Positions 11,947 to 22,384 of a stretch of DNA of 64,000 nt are shown here, piece after piece; positions within the stretch are counted from its first letter, which is position 1, and each line of letters begins with the position of its first letter. The notes under the pieces are model-generated. The model was not told the origin of the DNA. It did not search any database and saw only the letters and a program-made list of their open reading frames with translations. Both the position numbers and the translations under genes were made by a program. Source of the DNA: Prochlorococcus sp. AG-409-D09 (lineage in GTDB: Bacteria; Cyanobacteriota; Cyanobacteriia; PCC-6307; Cyanobiaceae); NCBI GenBank assembly GCA_003215935.1, contig QCJQ01000001.1, positions 11,731-75,730 of the forward strand, written 5' to 3'.

Positions 11947-12903
11947 TTGGAAACAATAGAAACTGATGTTGTGATAGTAGGTGGCGGCCCTGCAGGCTGC
12001 AGTTGTGCCTTATATACATCAAGAGCAGATTTGAAAACTGTGATTCTTGATAAGAATCCATCAGTTGGAGCTCTTGCGATTACACATCAAATTGCAAATT
12101 ACCCTGGTGTTTCTAGTGAGATGAGTGGTGATGCCTTACTTGGAATAATGCGTGATCAAGCTATTCAATATGGAGCCGATTATCGTAGAGCGCAGGTTTT
12201 TGGTATAGATGTGAACCCCGAATGGAAAACTGTTTTTACCCCTGAAGGCACTTTTAAAGCCAGAGCTCTTGTTGTTGCTACTGGTGCAATGGGTAGGCCA
12301 GCTTCTTTTAAAGGTGAGGCTGAGTTTCTAGGCAAAGGAGTAAGTTATTGCGCAACTTGTGATGGTGCTTTTTATAGAGGTCGAGAAGTTGCTGTTGTAG
12401 GAGTTAATAAGGAAGCTATGGAAGAAGCCCAAGTCCTTACTAAATTTGCATCCACTGTTCATTGGATTACTTCTAATGATCCTAAAGATGATGATCTAAT
12501 AGCTAAAGAATTAATGAATCATTCAAACGTTAAGCATTGGAGTAAAGCAAGATTGATGCAAATTAAAGGCGATGAGATGGGTGTTAACGAAATCGTAATT
12601 AAAGATCGTTCACAAGATAGTTTGCAAAATTTAAAATTAGAAGGTGTTTTTGTTTATATGAGTGGATCGAAGCCTATTACAGATTTTTTAGGAGAACAGG
12701 TTGCGTTTAAAGAAGATGGAGGAGTTTTAGTGGATGATTTTATGTCTACTACAGCTGAAGGAGTTTGGGCTATAGGTGATATTAGGAATACGCCTTTTAA
12801 GCAAGCGGTGGTGGCTGCTTCTGATGGTTGTATTGCTGCGATGGCAATAGATCGTTATTTAAATAGTAGAAAATCTATACGTGTTGACTGGGTTCACGCT
12901 TAA
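11947..12903 (+). CDS. trxB: Thioredoxin reductase-like FAD-dependent pyridine nucleotide-disulfide oxidoreductase (TTG start)
   Basis: 318 aa. VVIVGGGPAGCSCALY (FAD GxGxxG), CATCDG redox-active motif, GDIRNTPFKQAV. Confidence 0.85.
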   Translation: METIETDVVIVGGGPAGCSCALYTSRADLKTVILDKNPSVGALAITHQIANYPGVSSEMSGDALLGIMRDQAIQYGADYRRAQVFGIDVNPEWKTVFTPEGTFKARALVVATGAMGRPASFKGEAEFLGKGVSYCATCDGAFYRGREVAVVGVNKEAMEEAQVLTKFASTVHWITSNDPKDDDLIAKELMNHSNVKHWSKARLMQIKGDEMGVNEIVIKDRSQDSLQNLKLEGVFVYMSGSKPITDFLGEQVAFKEDGGVLVDDFMSTTAEGVWAIGDIRNTPFKQAVVAASDGCIAAMAIDRYLNSRKSIRVDWVHA

Positions 12904-12934
12904 AATTAAATTTTGAGATAATATTTTATTATTT

Positions 12935-13216
12935 TTATAAGGGAGTTGCTTCAGAAACGTAAGCTACACCACCATAATAACTAAGAATTGACTTTATATT
13001 ATCTCGAATAGAATCTATCATTTCTTGCTCGCAAAATATTATTACATGAGCATTTGCACCCATTCCTGTGAACTCCATATCTTCAGTGACAACTCTTTCA
13101 GGACCTCTACCAGTTGCGTGTTTCATTACAGTATAACCAGGAACTTGTGCTTGTTCTAGAGCCTCTAAAATAGCGTCTAGTTCTCTATCACTAAAAATTA
13201 AATCTAGTCTTTTCAT
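12935..13216 (-). CDS. PII-like (GlnB-fold) small signalling protein, SbtB-like by context
   Basis: 93 aa. MKRLDLIFSDRELDAILEALEQAQVPGYTVMKHATGRGPE... fits a beta-alpha-beta PII-like layout. It lies 8 nt downstream of the SbtA-family permease gene. Confidence 0.7.
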   Translation of the reverse strand: MKRLDLIFSDRELDAILEALEQAQVPGYTVMKHATGRGPERVVTEDMEFTGMGANAHVIIFCEQEMIDSIRDNIKSILSYYGGVAYVSEATPL

Positions 13217-13224
13217 GTTTTTGT

Positions 13225-14223
13225 TTATGTTACTCCTGGAGGGATTAATTTATTTACCAAAGACATATAAACGGGAATCCCAATTACTATGTTGAAAGGG
13301 AAAGTTAACCCTAGTGTGGTGGATATATAATAAGTAGACCTTGCTTCTGGTACCGTCATCCTCATTGCAGCCGGAACAGCTAAATATGAAGCACTTGCGC
13401 AGAGAACTACGAAAAGTAATGCATTTCCTGATTCTAAACCTAATGATTTAGCGACTAATCCACCTAGGAAAGCATTAAATATAGGCATAAATATAGAGAA
13501 TGCTATTAAATATTTACCTACTTGATGCAATCTACTTAGTCTTTGTGCTGCAACTATTCCCATGTCAAGTAAGAAAAAGCATTCGGCACCAAAAAATAAC
13601 TTTCCTGTAAATGGTTGCATTTTTGCAACTGCTGCTGGATTATATGCAGCTGTTAGAAACCCGATTAATAAACTTCCTAATAGTAAATATACCGAACCAT
13701 TTAACATTGATTCATGTAAAATAGACCTCCATTTCATGATTCTTTTGCTTGGTATATCTTTAGATGCTCCAAATTTAACTAAAAGCAATCCGACTATTAT
13801 TGCAGGTGATTCCATTAATGCTAAAGCTGCAACCATAAATCCATCAAAATGAATATTCTGTGCTTCTAAAAAACTTTCTGCAGTTATAAAAGTAACAGCA
13901 CTTATTGATCCATATGCTGCTGATATAGCTGCAGAGTTGTATACATTAAATTTTAGTCTAAGTATGAAAAAACAAATTAAAGGTATTAATAATGACATTA
14001 ATATTGCTGAGCAAACAGTTGGTATTACTTGACCACTAAGACCACTTGCTTGGAGCTCTACACCTCCTTTAAACCCAATTGCTAATAATAGATAGAGTGA
14101 AAATAACTTTGGTAAGGGTGCCGGTATTTCTAAGTCTGACTTTGTAGCAAATCCTATTACTCCTAAGAAAAAGAAAAGAATAGGAGGGCTTAAAACATTT
14201 TTTATTATTAAACTGCTTTCCAT
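13225..14223 (-). CDS. SbtA-family (Sbt_1/DUF897) sodium-dependent bicarbonate-transporter-like permease
   Basis: 332 aa, polytopic. PILFFFLGVIGFATKSDLEIPAPLPKLFSLYLLLAIGFKGGVEL is typical of the SbtA family N-terminus. Confidence 0.75.
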   Translation of the reverse strand: MESSLIIKNVLSPPILFFFLGVIGFATKSDLEIPAPLPKLFSLYLLLAIGFKGGVELQASGLSGQVIPTVCSAILMSLLIPLICFFILRLKFNVYNSAAISAAYGSISAVTFITAESFLEAQNIHFDGFMVAALALMESPAIIVGLLLVKFGASKDIPSKRIMKWRSILHESMLNGSVYLLLGSLLIGFLTAAYNPAAVAKMQPFTGKLFFGAECFFLLDMGIVAAQRLSRLHQVGKYLIAFSIFMPIFNAFLGGLVAKSLGLESGNALLFVVLCASASYLAVPAAMRMTVPEARSTYYISTTLGLTFPFNIVIGIPVYMSLVNKLIPPGVT

Positions 14224-14281
14224 TTTTTTGTGATATGGAAGAATTGATGAACTAAAACTATTTTAAATCTATTTTTAGATG

Positions 14282-15940
14282 TTATGCAATTTCATTAACT
14301 GCGGCTAATAGAGCATCTTTTCTTGATCCTATAACATTGACTCCGAATTTTGATAATCTTTCCTTTACCTTTCCAGTAGCGCCAGCAACGTATGCTTTAC
14401 GTGAATTATTTTTTGCCTCTTGAACCATATCTTCTATAGCTAAGGTTGCTGTAACTCCAAGTCTAGGAACTTCAGTTATATCTAAAATAAGCACTTTATA
14501 ATTTCTAATCAGCGCCATTCTTTCTGTAATTCCTTTAGCTGCTCCAAAACTCAAGGGTCCTTTCAGTCTAAATAACATTACATTTCCTGCACAACGATCT
14601 AGTAATGCTTTTTCTTCTGGAGCCAGGCTTGTATCAGAGAATTGATTAACATTAGAAGAATTTAATGGATTGTCCGCATCCATTCCTTCTAACTGAGTTT
14701 CAGTAATAGAATCTATAGTTAACATATTTGCAACAAATACCCCTACCAATACAGCCCAAATTAAATCCCAGAATACTGTCATTAAAAGAACCCCATACAT
14801 TACTGATGCGGTTTTCAGAGACAGTTTATGAGCTCTAAGTAAAAATCCCCAATCTATAATATCTAAGCCGACTTTGATTAAAATTCCTGCAAGAAGAGCA
14901 GTTGGAATTTGTTCTGCAAGTGGTCCAGCACCTACCAAAACTATTAACAGAACTATTGAATGAACCATTCCTGATATTGGAGTGGATCCTCCTGATTTCA
15001 CATTTATAACTGTTCTCATTGTTGCTCCAGCCCCAGGCAATCCAGAGAAGAGTCCCGCTACTGCATTCCCTATTCCTTGTCCGATTAATTCTCTATCTGA
15101 GTTATGCCTTGTTTGGGAGATGTTATCTGCTACTAAAGAAGTTAAAAGAGAATCAATTGCACCTAGAACAGCTAGTACAAGACCTGCTTTCAGAATTATT
15201 GGAAAATATTGATTGAAGCTTGGTATACCAAGTGAAGGAATTCCTCTTGGAATTTCTCCAATTCGATCTATCGAAGTTTCTCCAAACAATAAAATTGAAA
15301 GAGGTGTAACTATTAATAAAGCTAAAAGAGGTGAGGGTAACCATTGACTAATTTTTCTGGGAGTTAGAAAAACTATTCCAAGAGTCATCACAGCAACACC
15401 TATTGCTGCGCCATTTGGTTGAAAATTATTGAAAACAGTTGAAAGTGATTCAATTACTCCGCCTCTTGTCGTGATTCCTAGAAGAGGACCTATTTGAAGG
15501 CAAATAATAATTACACCTATACCAGACATAAAGCCTGATACAACTGAATATGGAACCAGAGTGATGTATTTCCCAAGTCGTAAGATTCCGAATAATATTT
15601 GAAATAATCCACCAATAACTACTGCTGCCATTACTAATGGCAAGATTTGCTGAGCTGAAAGATCTCTGGGGACGCCTACTGCTGCGAGACTCGCTACAAC
15701 GCCTGCAACAGTTACGCTCATTGGACCTGTTGGCCCACTGACTTGTGCTGGTGTCCCTCCAAATAATGCTGCAAGGAACCCTACGACCACAGCTCCATAT
15801 AGCCCATAAATAGCCCCGCCAGGTCCTAAGGCTGCATTCCCAAACGCTAGGGCTAGCGGTAATGCAACTACCGCTGCTGTAATCCCTCCTAGTACGTCAC
15901 CTCTAATATTCTTAAGGTGAAAACCATTAATTAATGCCAA
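14282..15940 (-). CDS. SulP-family anion transporter with a C-terminal STAS domain (BicA-like)
   Basis: 552 aa. The N-terminus DVLGGITAAVVALPLALAFG and a multi-TM core are followed by a STAS-like tail (VMLFRLKGPLSFGAAKG...VLILDITEVPRLGVTA). Confidence 0.85.
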   Translation of the reverse strand: MALINGFHLKNIRGDVLGGITAAVVALPLALAFGNAALGPGGAIYGLYGAVVVGFLAALFGGTPAQVSGPTGPMSVTVAGVVASLAAVGVPRDLSAQQILPLVMAAVVIGGLFQILFGILRLGKYITLVPYSVVSGFMSGIGVIIICLQIGPLLGITTRGGVIESLSTVFNNFQPNGAAIGVAVMTLGIVFLTPRKISQWLPSPLLALLIVTPLSILLFGETSIDRIGEIPRGIPSLGIPSFNQYFPIILKAGLVLAVLGAIDSLLTSLVADNISQTRHNSDRELIGQGIGNAVAGLFSGLPGAGATMRTVINVKSGGSTPISGMVHSIVLLIVLVGAGPLAEQIPTALLAGILIKVGLDIIDWGFLLRAHKLSLKTASVMYGVLLMTVFWDLIWAVLVGVFVANMLTIDSITETQLEGMDADNPLNSSNVNQFSDTSLAPEEKALLDRCAGNVMLFRLKGPLSFGAAKGITERMALIRNYKVLILDITEVPRLGVTATLAIEDMVQEAKNNSRKAYVAGATGKVKERLSKFGVNVIGSRKDALLAAVNEIA

Positions 15941-16086
15941 TAGAGAGTCTCCTTTATTGAATTAATTCTCTTAGCCTATATCGTTGAGTCCCATATCGTT
16001 CGGACTTTTCTACATTTAAAGAATGTCAATAAATACAAAAATGTTGAGAGACTTAAAACCTCTAATAGATATGGTCTTTTTCATAT

Positions 16087-17034
16087 ATGACAGGAAGCGG
16101 CTATCGCGATTACTACAAAGTGCTTGGAATCGATCGATCTGCCAAGGCAGTGGACATTAAGCGAGCTTTTAGATCCAAAGCAAGAAAATATCACCCTGAT
16201 ATAAATCCGAATAATCCTGAAGCTGAAAATAAATTTAAAGAGATTAGTGAGGCTTATGAAGTGCTCTCAGATCCTGATAAACGAAAACGATATGAAGAAT
16301 TCGGTCAGTATTGGAATCAAAGGAATGTTTCAGATGCTACTTCTCCTTTTGGTCAAGGTGTAGCAGTTGATTTTGGAGGTTATGGAAACTTTGATGAGTT
16401 TATCAATGAGCTTTTAGGAAGATTTACAGGTGGAGCCTCTACGACTGGGTTTAGTCCTAATTTCTCTACCTCTTCCCAGACTTCTAAGAAGATAATTAAT
16501 TTAGATGCAAAAATACAATTACAAATTAGTTTTCGTGAATCATTTTTTGGGACTGAGAGGACCCTCGTAGTTAATAATGAAAAAATAAAAATAAAAATCC
16601 CTAAGGGTATCAAATCAAACTCTAAATTAAGAGTTAAAGGTAAAGGAAATATACAAAGTGGGAGTGGACTTCGAGGTGATTTATATTTACATATAGATGT
16701 GAAATCTCATCCTATATGGGGAATAGAAGGCGATGATCTTTGTGCGGATTTGCCGGTTGCTATAGATGAACTTATTTTAGGAGCAACAATTCAAGTAATT
16801 ACTCCAGATGGAGAAGCTAAGATTAGGATTCCAAAATCTACTTTGCCTGGACAAAATCTAAGATTAAAAGGTAAGGGATTTCCTACTATTAATGGCCGAG
16901 GAGATTTAATCTTTACTCTTAAATTAAAAATTTCTAAGGAATGGACAAGTTCAGAATTAGAGCTGATTGATCAACTTGGGAAAATGCGTAGTTATGATCC
17001 GCGTAAGGATTGGTTTAATTCGGCTCTAATATAG
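16087..17034 (+). CDS. DnaJ-family co-chaperone lacking the zinc-finger domain (CbpA/type II-like)
   Basis: 315 aa. J domain DYYKVLGIDRSA...ARKYHPDINP. The C-terminal substrate-binding repeats are present, and there are no CxxCxGxG repeats. Confidence 0.85.
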   Translation: MTGSGYRDYYKVLGIDRSAKAVDIKRAFRSKARKYHPDINPNNPEAENKFKEISEAYEVLSDPDKRKRYEEFGQYWNQRNVSDATSPFGQGVAVDFGGYGNFDEFINELLGRFTGGASTTGFSPNFSTSSQTSKKIINLDAKIQLQISFRESFFGTERTLVVNNEKIKIKIPKGIKSNSKLRVKGKGNIQSGSGLRGDLYLHIDVKSHPIWGIEGDDLCADLPVAIDELILGATIQVITPDGEAKIRIPKSTLPGQNLRLKGKGFPTINGRGDLIFTLKLKISKEWTSSELELIDQLGKMRSYDPRKDWFNSALI

Positions 17035-17075
17035 ATAAATTTTGCTTAAAATCATAGTTATCTTTTTTGGTCCAT

Positions 17076-18074
17076 ATGGATCTCACCTATCGCCCACGTC
17101 GCCTTCGTCGCTCATCTGCTTTGAGGAGCATGGTGAGAGAGAATCTCGTTACACCTTCAGATTTTATTTATCCATTATTTGTTCATGAAGGATCAGAAGT
17201 GCAACAAATTTCTGCAATGCCAGGAGCAAACCGTTGGAGTTTAGATTCACTAATTGGAGAAGTTCAAAGAGCTTGGGATTTGGGTATTAGGTGTGTCGTT
17301 TTATTCCCAAAGATTAATGACTCTTTGAAAACAGAAGATGGTGCTGAGTGTTTTAACGAAAATGGATTAATTCCTAGAGCAATTCGACGTTTAAAGAAAG
17401 AAATACCTGATATGACGATTATGACTGATGTTGCTCTGGATCCCTATTCTTGTGATGGACATGATGGAATTGTTAGTTCTGATGGTGTAGTACTTAATGA
17501 TGAGACGATTGAAAATTTATGTCGACAAGCTGTTGTTCAGGCAAATTCAGGTGCAGATTTAATTGGACCAAGCGATATGATGGATGGTCGAGTTGGTGCT
17601 ATCAGGGAGTCTTTAGATGAGGAAGGATTTGAACATGTGGGAATTATTAGTTATACGGCTAAATACTCTTCAGCTTATTATGGACCTTTTAGAGAAGCTC
17701 TTGATTCAGCTCCTAGATTAACCGGCATGAAAAACATTCCTGAAAATAAAAATACATATCAAATGGATCCGGCAAATTCTAGAGAAGCCATTATTGAAGC
17801 TCAATTAGATGAGGAAGAAGGGGCAGATATTTTGATGGTTAAGCCTGGTTTGGCATATTTAGATATTATCTACCGTTTGAGACAAGAATCAGAATTGCCT
17901 ATCGCTGCTTATAATGTTAGTGGTGAATACTCTATGATTAAGGCTGCTGCTAACGCGGGATGGATAGATGAGAAAGAGGTTGTGCTTGAAACCTTGTTGA
18001 GTTTTAAAAGAGCAGGTGCAGATTTAATATTGACGTATCATGCATGTGATGCCGCCAATTGGCTTAAAGATTAA
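17076..18074 (+). CDS. hemB: Porphobilinogen synthase (delta-aminolevulinate dehydratase)
   Basis: MDLTYRPRRLRR...FPLFV...ALDPY...GPSDMMDGRV...MVKPG. The ORF opens at a TTG at 17067, and the ATG at 17076 is the preferred start. Confidence 0.93.
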   Translation: MDLTYRPRRLRRSSALRSMVRENLVTPSDFIYPLFVHEGSEVQQISAMPGANRWSLDSLIGEVQRAWDLGIRCVVLFPKINDSLKTEDGAECFNENGLIPRAIRRLKKEIPDMTIMTDVALDPYSCDGHDGIVSSDGVVLNDETIENLCRQAVVQANSGADLIGPSDMMDGRVGAIRESLDEEGFEHVGIISYTAKYSSAYYGPFREALDSAPRLTGMKNIPENKNTYQMDPANSREAIIEAQLDEEEGADILMVKPGLAYLDIIYRLRQESELPIAAYNVSGEYSMIKAAANAGWIDEKEVVLETLLSFKRAGADLILTYHACDAANWLKD

Positions 18075-18115
18075 TCTAATGACTTTAATGTCAATAGATC
18101 TCATTTAGCTTAAAC

Positions 18116-18520
18116 ATGGAACTCGACAGTTTTGAGAAGAATAAACCAAAAGTTCAAAGACTAGGACATGTAGCTATACGTGTTGAAGATGTAAAACGTG
18201 CAAAATCTTTCTATATGAAGTTAGGGATGAGATTGATTTGGGATGATTCTGATTGGTGTTATTTAGAATCTGAAATAACAAAAGATGGATTAGCACTTCT
18301 AGGTCCTAGCTATAAGGCGGCAGGTCCTCATTTTGCTTTTCATTTTACTGACAAAAAGGAAATACAGCAGATGCATCGTAATTTAAAGGATGCTGGTGTG
18401 AAAGTTGGAGCATTACATGACCATAGGGATGGAACTTCTTCTTTTTATCTCAAAGATCCTGAAGGGAATTGGTTAGAAATGCTTTACCACGACCCTTCTG
18501 GAATCCCATCTAATCAATAA
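18116..18520 (+). CDS. VOC-superfamily protein (glyoxalase/bleomycin resistance/dioxygenase fold)
   Basis: 134 aa. LGHVAIRVEDVKRAKSFYMKLGM...FYLKDPEGNWLEM is a typical VOC pattern. Confidence 0.75.
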   Translation: MELDSFEKNKPKVQRLGHVAIRVEDVKRAKSFYMKLGMRLIWDDSDWCYLESEITKDGLALLGPSYKAAGPHFAFHFTDKKEIQQMHRNLKDAGVKVGALHDHRDGTSSFYLKDPEGNWLEMLYHDPSGIPSNQ

Positions 18521-18536
18521 AAGAGTTGGCAATTGT

Positions 18537-20954
18537 ATGAATTCTTCTCGTGAGGTTATTGATTTTCAGTCAAATGATGATGTATTTCAAGAAACATTAA
18601 AATTATTGGAATGGCCAAGACTTTGCTTTCAACTTTCTACTTTTGCAGTTACTTCACAGTGTCGAAGAGAATGTAAGAATCTTAAATTTCCTCCTGATGT
18701 GGAGAGTAGCCAACTTATAATTGATAAAACAATTGAAATTGGAGAGTTAGATAGGGTTTTAGAAGGGGGGTTAAGCTTTGACGCTATTCATGATTTGGAA
18801 CATATTCTTTTGCATTGTCATAAAGGAGGAATGGCTTCGGGAGAAGAGCTATTAAAAGTTGCTGAAACTCTTAGAACTGCACGCAAGTTACGACGACAAA
18901 TAGATGATCCTCTGTTACGTCCAAAATTAACAAATTTCTTAAGTAATTTAGCAACTTTGCCTGACTTACAAAAACTCCTTGAATTTGGAATAGAGGAAGG
19001 AGGTCGTGTTGCAGATAGAGCATGTTATGAACTTTCTCAATTACGAAGAAAGTCTCAAGGTTCACGAGAAGAGCGTAGAAAGATTTTGATGGAAATTATT
19101 AGACGTTTTTCTTCTTCTCTACAAGATACTATTATTTCTGAAAGATATGGAAGATCTGTTCTAGCAGTCAAAGTTGGTGCAAGCTCTCAAATTAATGGTG
19201 TTGTGCATGATACCTCAGCCTCTGGAAGTACAGTTTTTGTAGAGCCTCAATCTGTTATTTCATTAAGTAATCGAATTGCTGGAATTGAAACGAAGATCTT
19301 TGAAGAAGAAAATCGTTTATTGTTGAAGTGGAGTGGTGAAGTTGGTAAAAATTTTGAAACGGTGAAAGAGTTATGCCGAATAATGTTGGATTTGGAATTA
19401 CTTTTAACTCGATCTCGTTATGCAACTTGGCTAGGTGCAATACCTCCGGTTTTTGATCAAGAAAAAGATTCGTCATTTATAATTAATGAATTCCGCCATC
19501 CTCTCCTTGTATGGCAGGAAAGTAGAGAACAAGGTGATGTTGTTGTACCTATTAGCTTAGAAGTTTCTTCTAAATTAAAAGTAGTTGCTATTACTGGACC
19601 AAATACAGGAGGAAAAACTGTTGCATTAAAAAGTATTGGGCTAGCTGTTTTGATGGCGAGAGCTGGCTTATTCCTCCCTTGCGAAGGGGAACTTTCACTT
19701 CCTTGGTGTGGTCAGCTTTTAGCGGATATAGGAGATGAGCAATCACTCCAACAAAGTCTTTCCACTTTCAGTGGTCACGTAATTCGTATTCGACGTATTA
19801 TTGATGCAATTACAGAATATTCAGGGTTAACTGTTGTTTTATTAGATGAGGTTGGTGCAGGTACTGATCCAAGTGAAGGAACTGCTTTAGCTATAGCATT
19901 ATTAACTACATTGGCAGATAGAGCAAGATTGACTATTGCAACGACTCATTTTGGTGAGCTGAAGTCTTTAAAATATAGTGATCCCAGGTTTGAAAATGCT
20001 TCCGTTTCTTTTGATAGTGATACTATTACACCTACTTACCATTTGCAGTGGGGAATTCCTGGTAAAAGCAATGCTCTTTCAATTGCGAGAAGATTAGGGT
20101 TAGATTCTAAGATTATTGATCAAGCGCATAAACTTTTAGATCATCAGAATGTTGCTGATGTTAATCAAATTATTAAAGGTCTTGAAGAACAAAGAGCAAG
20201 GCAACAATCTGCTGCAGAGGATGCAGCTCTTTTATTAGCTCGTACGGAGTTATTACATGAAGAGTTATTGACTAGATGGAAGCATCAAAGCCAGAAGTCA
20301 GCAGAAATAGAAGAAAAAGGGCGTAAAAAACTTGAAACTTCTATACGAGAAGGGCAAAAGGAGGTAAGAGCTTTAATACGTCGTTTACGAGATAAAGGTG
20401 CTTCAGGCGAAACGGCGAGACGTGCAGGTAAAAGATTGCGAGAGATATCGAATGATTCTCTACCTAAGTCTACATCTAAAACCAAGTTGGATTGGTTCCC
20501 AAAAGTAGGAGATTATGTAAGAGTGACTTTGTTGGGAAAAGCTGGAGAAGTTGTATCTATCTCACCAGATGGATTACAAGTGACAGTTTTATGTGGGGTT
20601 TTTAGAAGTACTGTTGATTTAAATGGAATAGAGAGTCTGGATGGACGTCGAGTAAAAAACTTTAACTCCGTAGTTGAAATTAATTCTTCTGTATCTTTAA
20701 GGACAACTTCCTCTATTAGAACTAAAAAAAACACTTTAGATGTAAGAGGATTAAAAGTTCATGAAGCTGAGTCAGTGGTAGAAGAAAAGATTAGACATTC
20801 GTCTGGACCTATTTGGATTGTTCATGGAATTGGAACAGGAAAATTAAAGAGAGGGTTAAGAGAATGGTTAAATACTGTTAATTATGTTGAGAGAGTGGAA
20901 GATGCTGAGAGGCAAGATGGTGGAGCAGGATGCAGTGTGGTTTGGATAAGTTGA
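18537..20954 (+). CDS. mutS2: MutS2 endonuclease (MutS domain V ATPase plus C-terminal Smr domain)
   Basis: 805 aa. Walker A ITGPNTGGKTV and LLDEVGAGTDP. The Smr tail reads LDVRGLKVHEAESVVEEKI...IVHGIGTGKLKRGLREWL. Confidence 0.92.
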   Translation: MNSSREVIDFQSNDDVFQETLKLLEWPRLCFQLSTFAVTSQCRRECKNLKFPPDVESSQLIIDKTIEIGELDRVLEGGLSFDAIHDLEHILLHCHKGGMASGEELLKVAETLRTARKLRRQIDDPLLRPKLTNFLSNLATLPDLQKLLEFGIEEGGRVADRACYELSQLRRKSQGSREERRKILMEIIRRFSSSLQDTIISERYGRSVLAVKVGASSQINGVVHDTSASGSTVFVEPQSVISLSNRIAGIETKIFEEENRLLLKWSGEVGKNFETVKELCRIMLDLELLLTRSRYATWLGAIPPVFDQEKDSSFIINEFRHPLLVWQESREQGDVVVPISLEVSSKLKVVAITGPNTGGKTVALKSIGLAVLMARAGLFLPCEGELSLPWCGQLLADIGDEQSLQQSLSTFSGHVIRIRRIIDAITEYSGLTVVLLDEVGAGTDPSEGTALAIALLTTLADRARLTIATTHFGELKSLKYSDPRFENASVSFDSDTITPTYHLQWGIPGKSNALSIARRLGLDSKIIDQAHKLLDHQNVADVNQIIKGLEEQRARQQSAAEDAALLLARTELLHEELLTRWKHQSQKSAEIEEKGRKKLETSIREGQKEVRALIRRLRDKGASGETARRAGKRLREISNDSLPKSTSKTKLDWFPKVGDYVRVTLLGKAGEVVSISPDGLQVTVLCGVFRSTVDLNGIESLDGRRVKNFNSVVEINSSVSLRTTSSIRTKKNTLDVRGLKVHEAESVVEEKIRHSSGPIWIVHGIGTGKLKRGLREWLNTVNYVERVEDAERQDGGAGCSVVWIS

Positions 20955-21057
20955 TGATTTACGTAGAAAATTAAAGTTAGGAGACCATTATTACTAATGT
21001 CATAATTTTTCTCTTATGCAATAGGCTAAATATCGGTCAATTTCAACTTATTTTGTA

Positions 21058-22047
21058 GTGCAGTTTATTGATCAGGCGAGGATAACTTTTAAAGCTGGGA
21101 ATGGGGGAGAAGGAATAGTGGCTTTTCGAAGAGAAAAGTATGTTCCTGCTGGGGGCCCTTCTGGAGGAGATGGAGGGAAAGGGGGAAATGTGGTATTACA
21201 AGCTGATTCGAATTTGCAAACCCTTTTAGATTTTAAATTTAAGCAATTGATTTGTGCCGAAAATGGCTATCGTGGTGGTCCGAATAAATGCTCTGGTGCT
21301 TTTGGAAATGATGTTGTCCTAAAAGTGCCTTGCGGCACAGAAGTAAGGCATTTTCAAACTGGGATTATTCTTGGTGATTTAACAAAAAATGGAGAGACAT
21401 TAATTGTTGCGTATGGAGGTAGAGGAGGATTGGGGAATGCGCATTATTTAAGTAATAGAAATCGTGCTCCAGAAAAATTTACAGAAGGTCAAGAGGGTGA
21501 AGAATGGGAACTTCAACTTGAATTGAAGTTGTTGGCTGAAGTTGGAATTATTGGTTTACCTAATGCTGGGAAAAGCACATTGATTTCTGTTTTATCAGCA
21601 GCGCGTCCGAAAATTGCAAACTATCCATTTACAACTTTGATTCCCAATTTAGGAGTTGTTCGCAAGCCAAGTGGAGATGGGACTCTTTTTGCTGATATTC
21701 CTGGATTAATTGAAGGAGCTGCAAAAGGTATTGGTTTAGGGCATGATTTTCTTAGGCATATTCAACGAACAAAATTACTTATTCATGTTTTGGATGCATC
21801 GTCTCCAGATATTCTTCAAGATTTGAATGTCATTGAAAGAGAACTTTTTGCATATGAAAAAAGCTTGCTTCGAAAACCAAGGATTTTGGTTTTAAATAAA
21901 AAAGAATTAGTGAGCAATAATAGACAAAATGAAATTTTGCAAATGTTGCAGAAAAAAAGTCAAAAACAGGTTTTTTCTATTTCTGCGGTAATGAATGATG
22001 GCCTTAGCTTACTTCTAGAGAAAATTTGGGAAGAGCTTGATAATTAA
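21058..22047 (+). CDS. obg: GTPase Obg/CgtA (GTG start)
   Basis: 329 aa. [41 protein letters not shown], then G1 GLPNAGKST and DIPGLIEGA. Confidence 0.95.
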   Translation: MQFIDQARITFKAGNGGEGIVAFRREKYVPAGGPSGGDGGKGGNVVLQADSNLQTLLDFKFKQLICAENGYRGGPNKCSGAFGNDVVLKVPCGTEVRHFQTGIILGDLTKNGETLIVAYGGRGGLGNAHYLSNRNRAPEKFTEGQEGEEWELQLELKLLAEVGIIGLPNAGKSTLISVLSAARPKIANYPFTTLIPNLGVVRKPSGDGTLFADIPGLIEGAAKGIGLGHDFLRHIQRTKLLIHVLDASSPDILQDLNVIERELFAYEKSLLRKPRILVLNKKELVSNNRQNEILQMLQKKSQKQVFSISAVMNDGLSLLLEKIWEELDN

Positions 22048-22101
22048 TTATTTTTTTCTTTATTTTTCAACACTTGTCTTTTGCTTAAAGATTGGCCATA
22101 A

Positions 22102-22305
22102 ATGGGATGTGTTTTTGAAATTATGAACTTTTACAGTTGCTTTGATGGAAATGGGAAAATTATTGCAAGGTGTCAATCTCATCAAGAGATTGAGGTATTG
22201 CGTCGAATGGGGAGACCAATAGCGGAAGTTAAAAAAATGAAGAATGAAGAAGCTGTTGTATGCTCTCTTATGAGTAGTCCATCTGATTTTGATATGGATT
22301 ATTGA
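22102..22305 (+). CDS. Hypothetical small protein
   Basis: 67-aa ORF followed directly by a strong bidirectional terminator. No motif recognised. Confidence 0.4.
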   Translation: MGCVFEIMNFYSCFDGNGKIIARCQSHQEIEVLRRMGRPIAEVKKMKNEEAVVCSLMSSPSDFDMDY

Positions 22306-22322
22306 TCTAGGATTTTATTTAT

Positions 22323-22363
22323 ATGCATAAAAAAAGCGGGTTAATCCCGCTTTTTTTATGCAA
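22323..22363. terminator. Bidirectional rho-independent terminator between convergent genes
   Basis: Core stem GCGGG/CCCGC with loop TTAAT, flanked by A7 and T7 runs. The symmetry extends to arms of about 17 nt (ATGCATAAAAAAAGCGGG...CCCGCTTTTTTTATGCA). Confidence 0.9.
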
Positions 22364-22384
22364 TTGTACTGAGTTGAAATTTAT

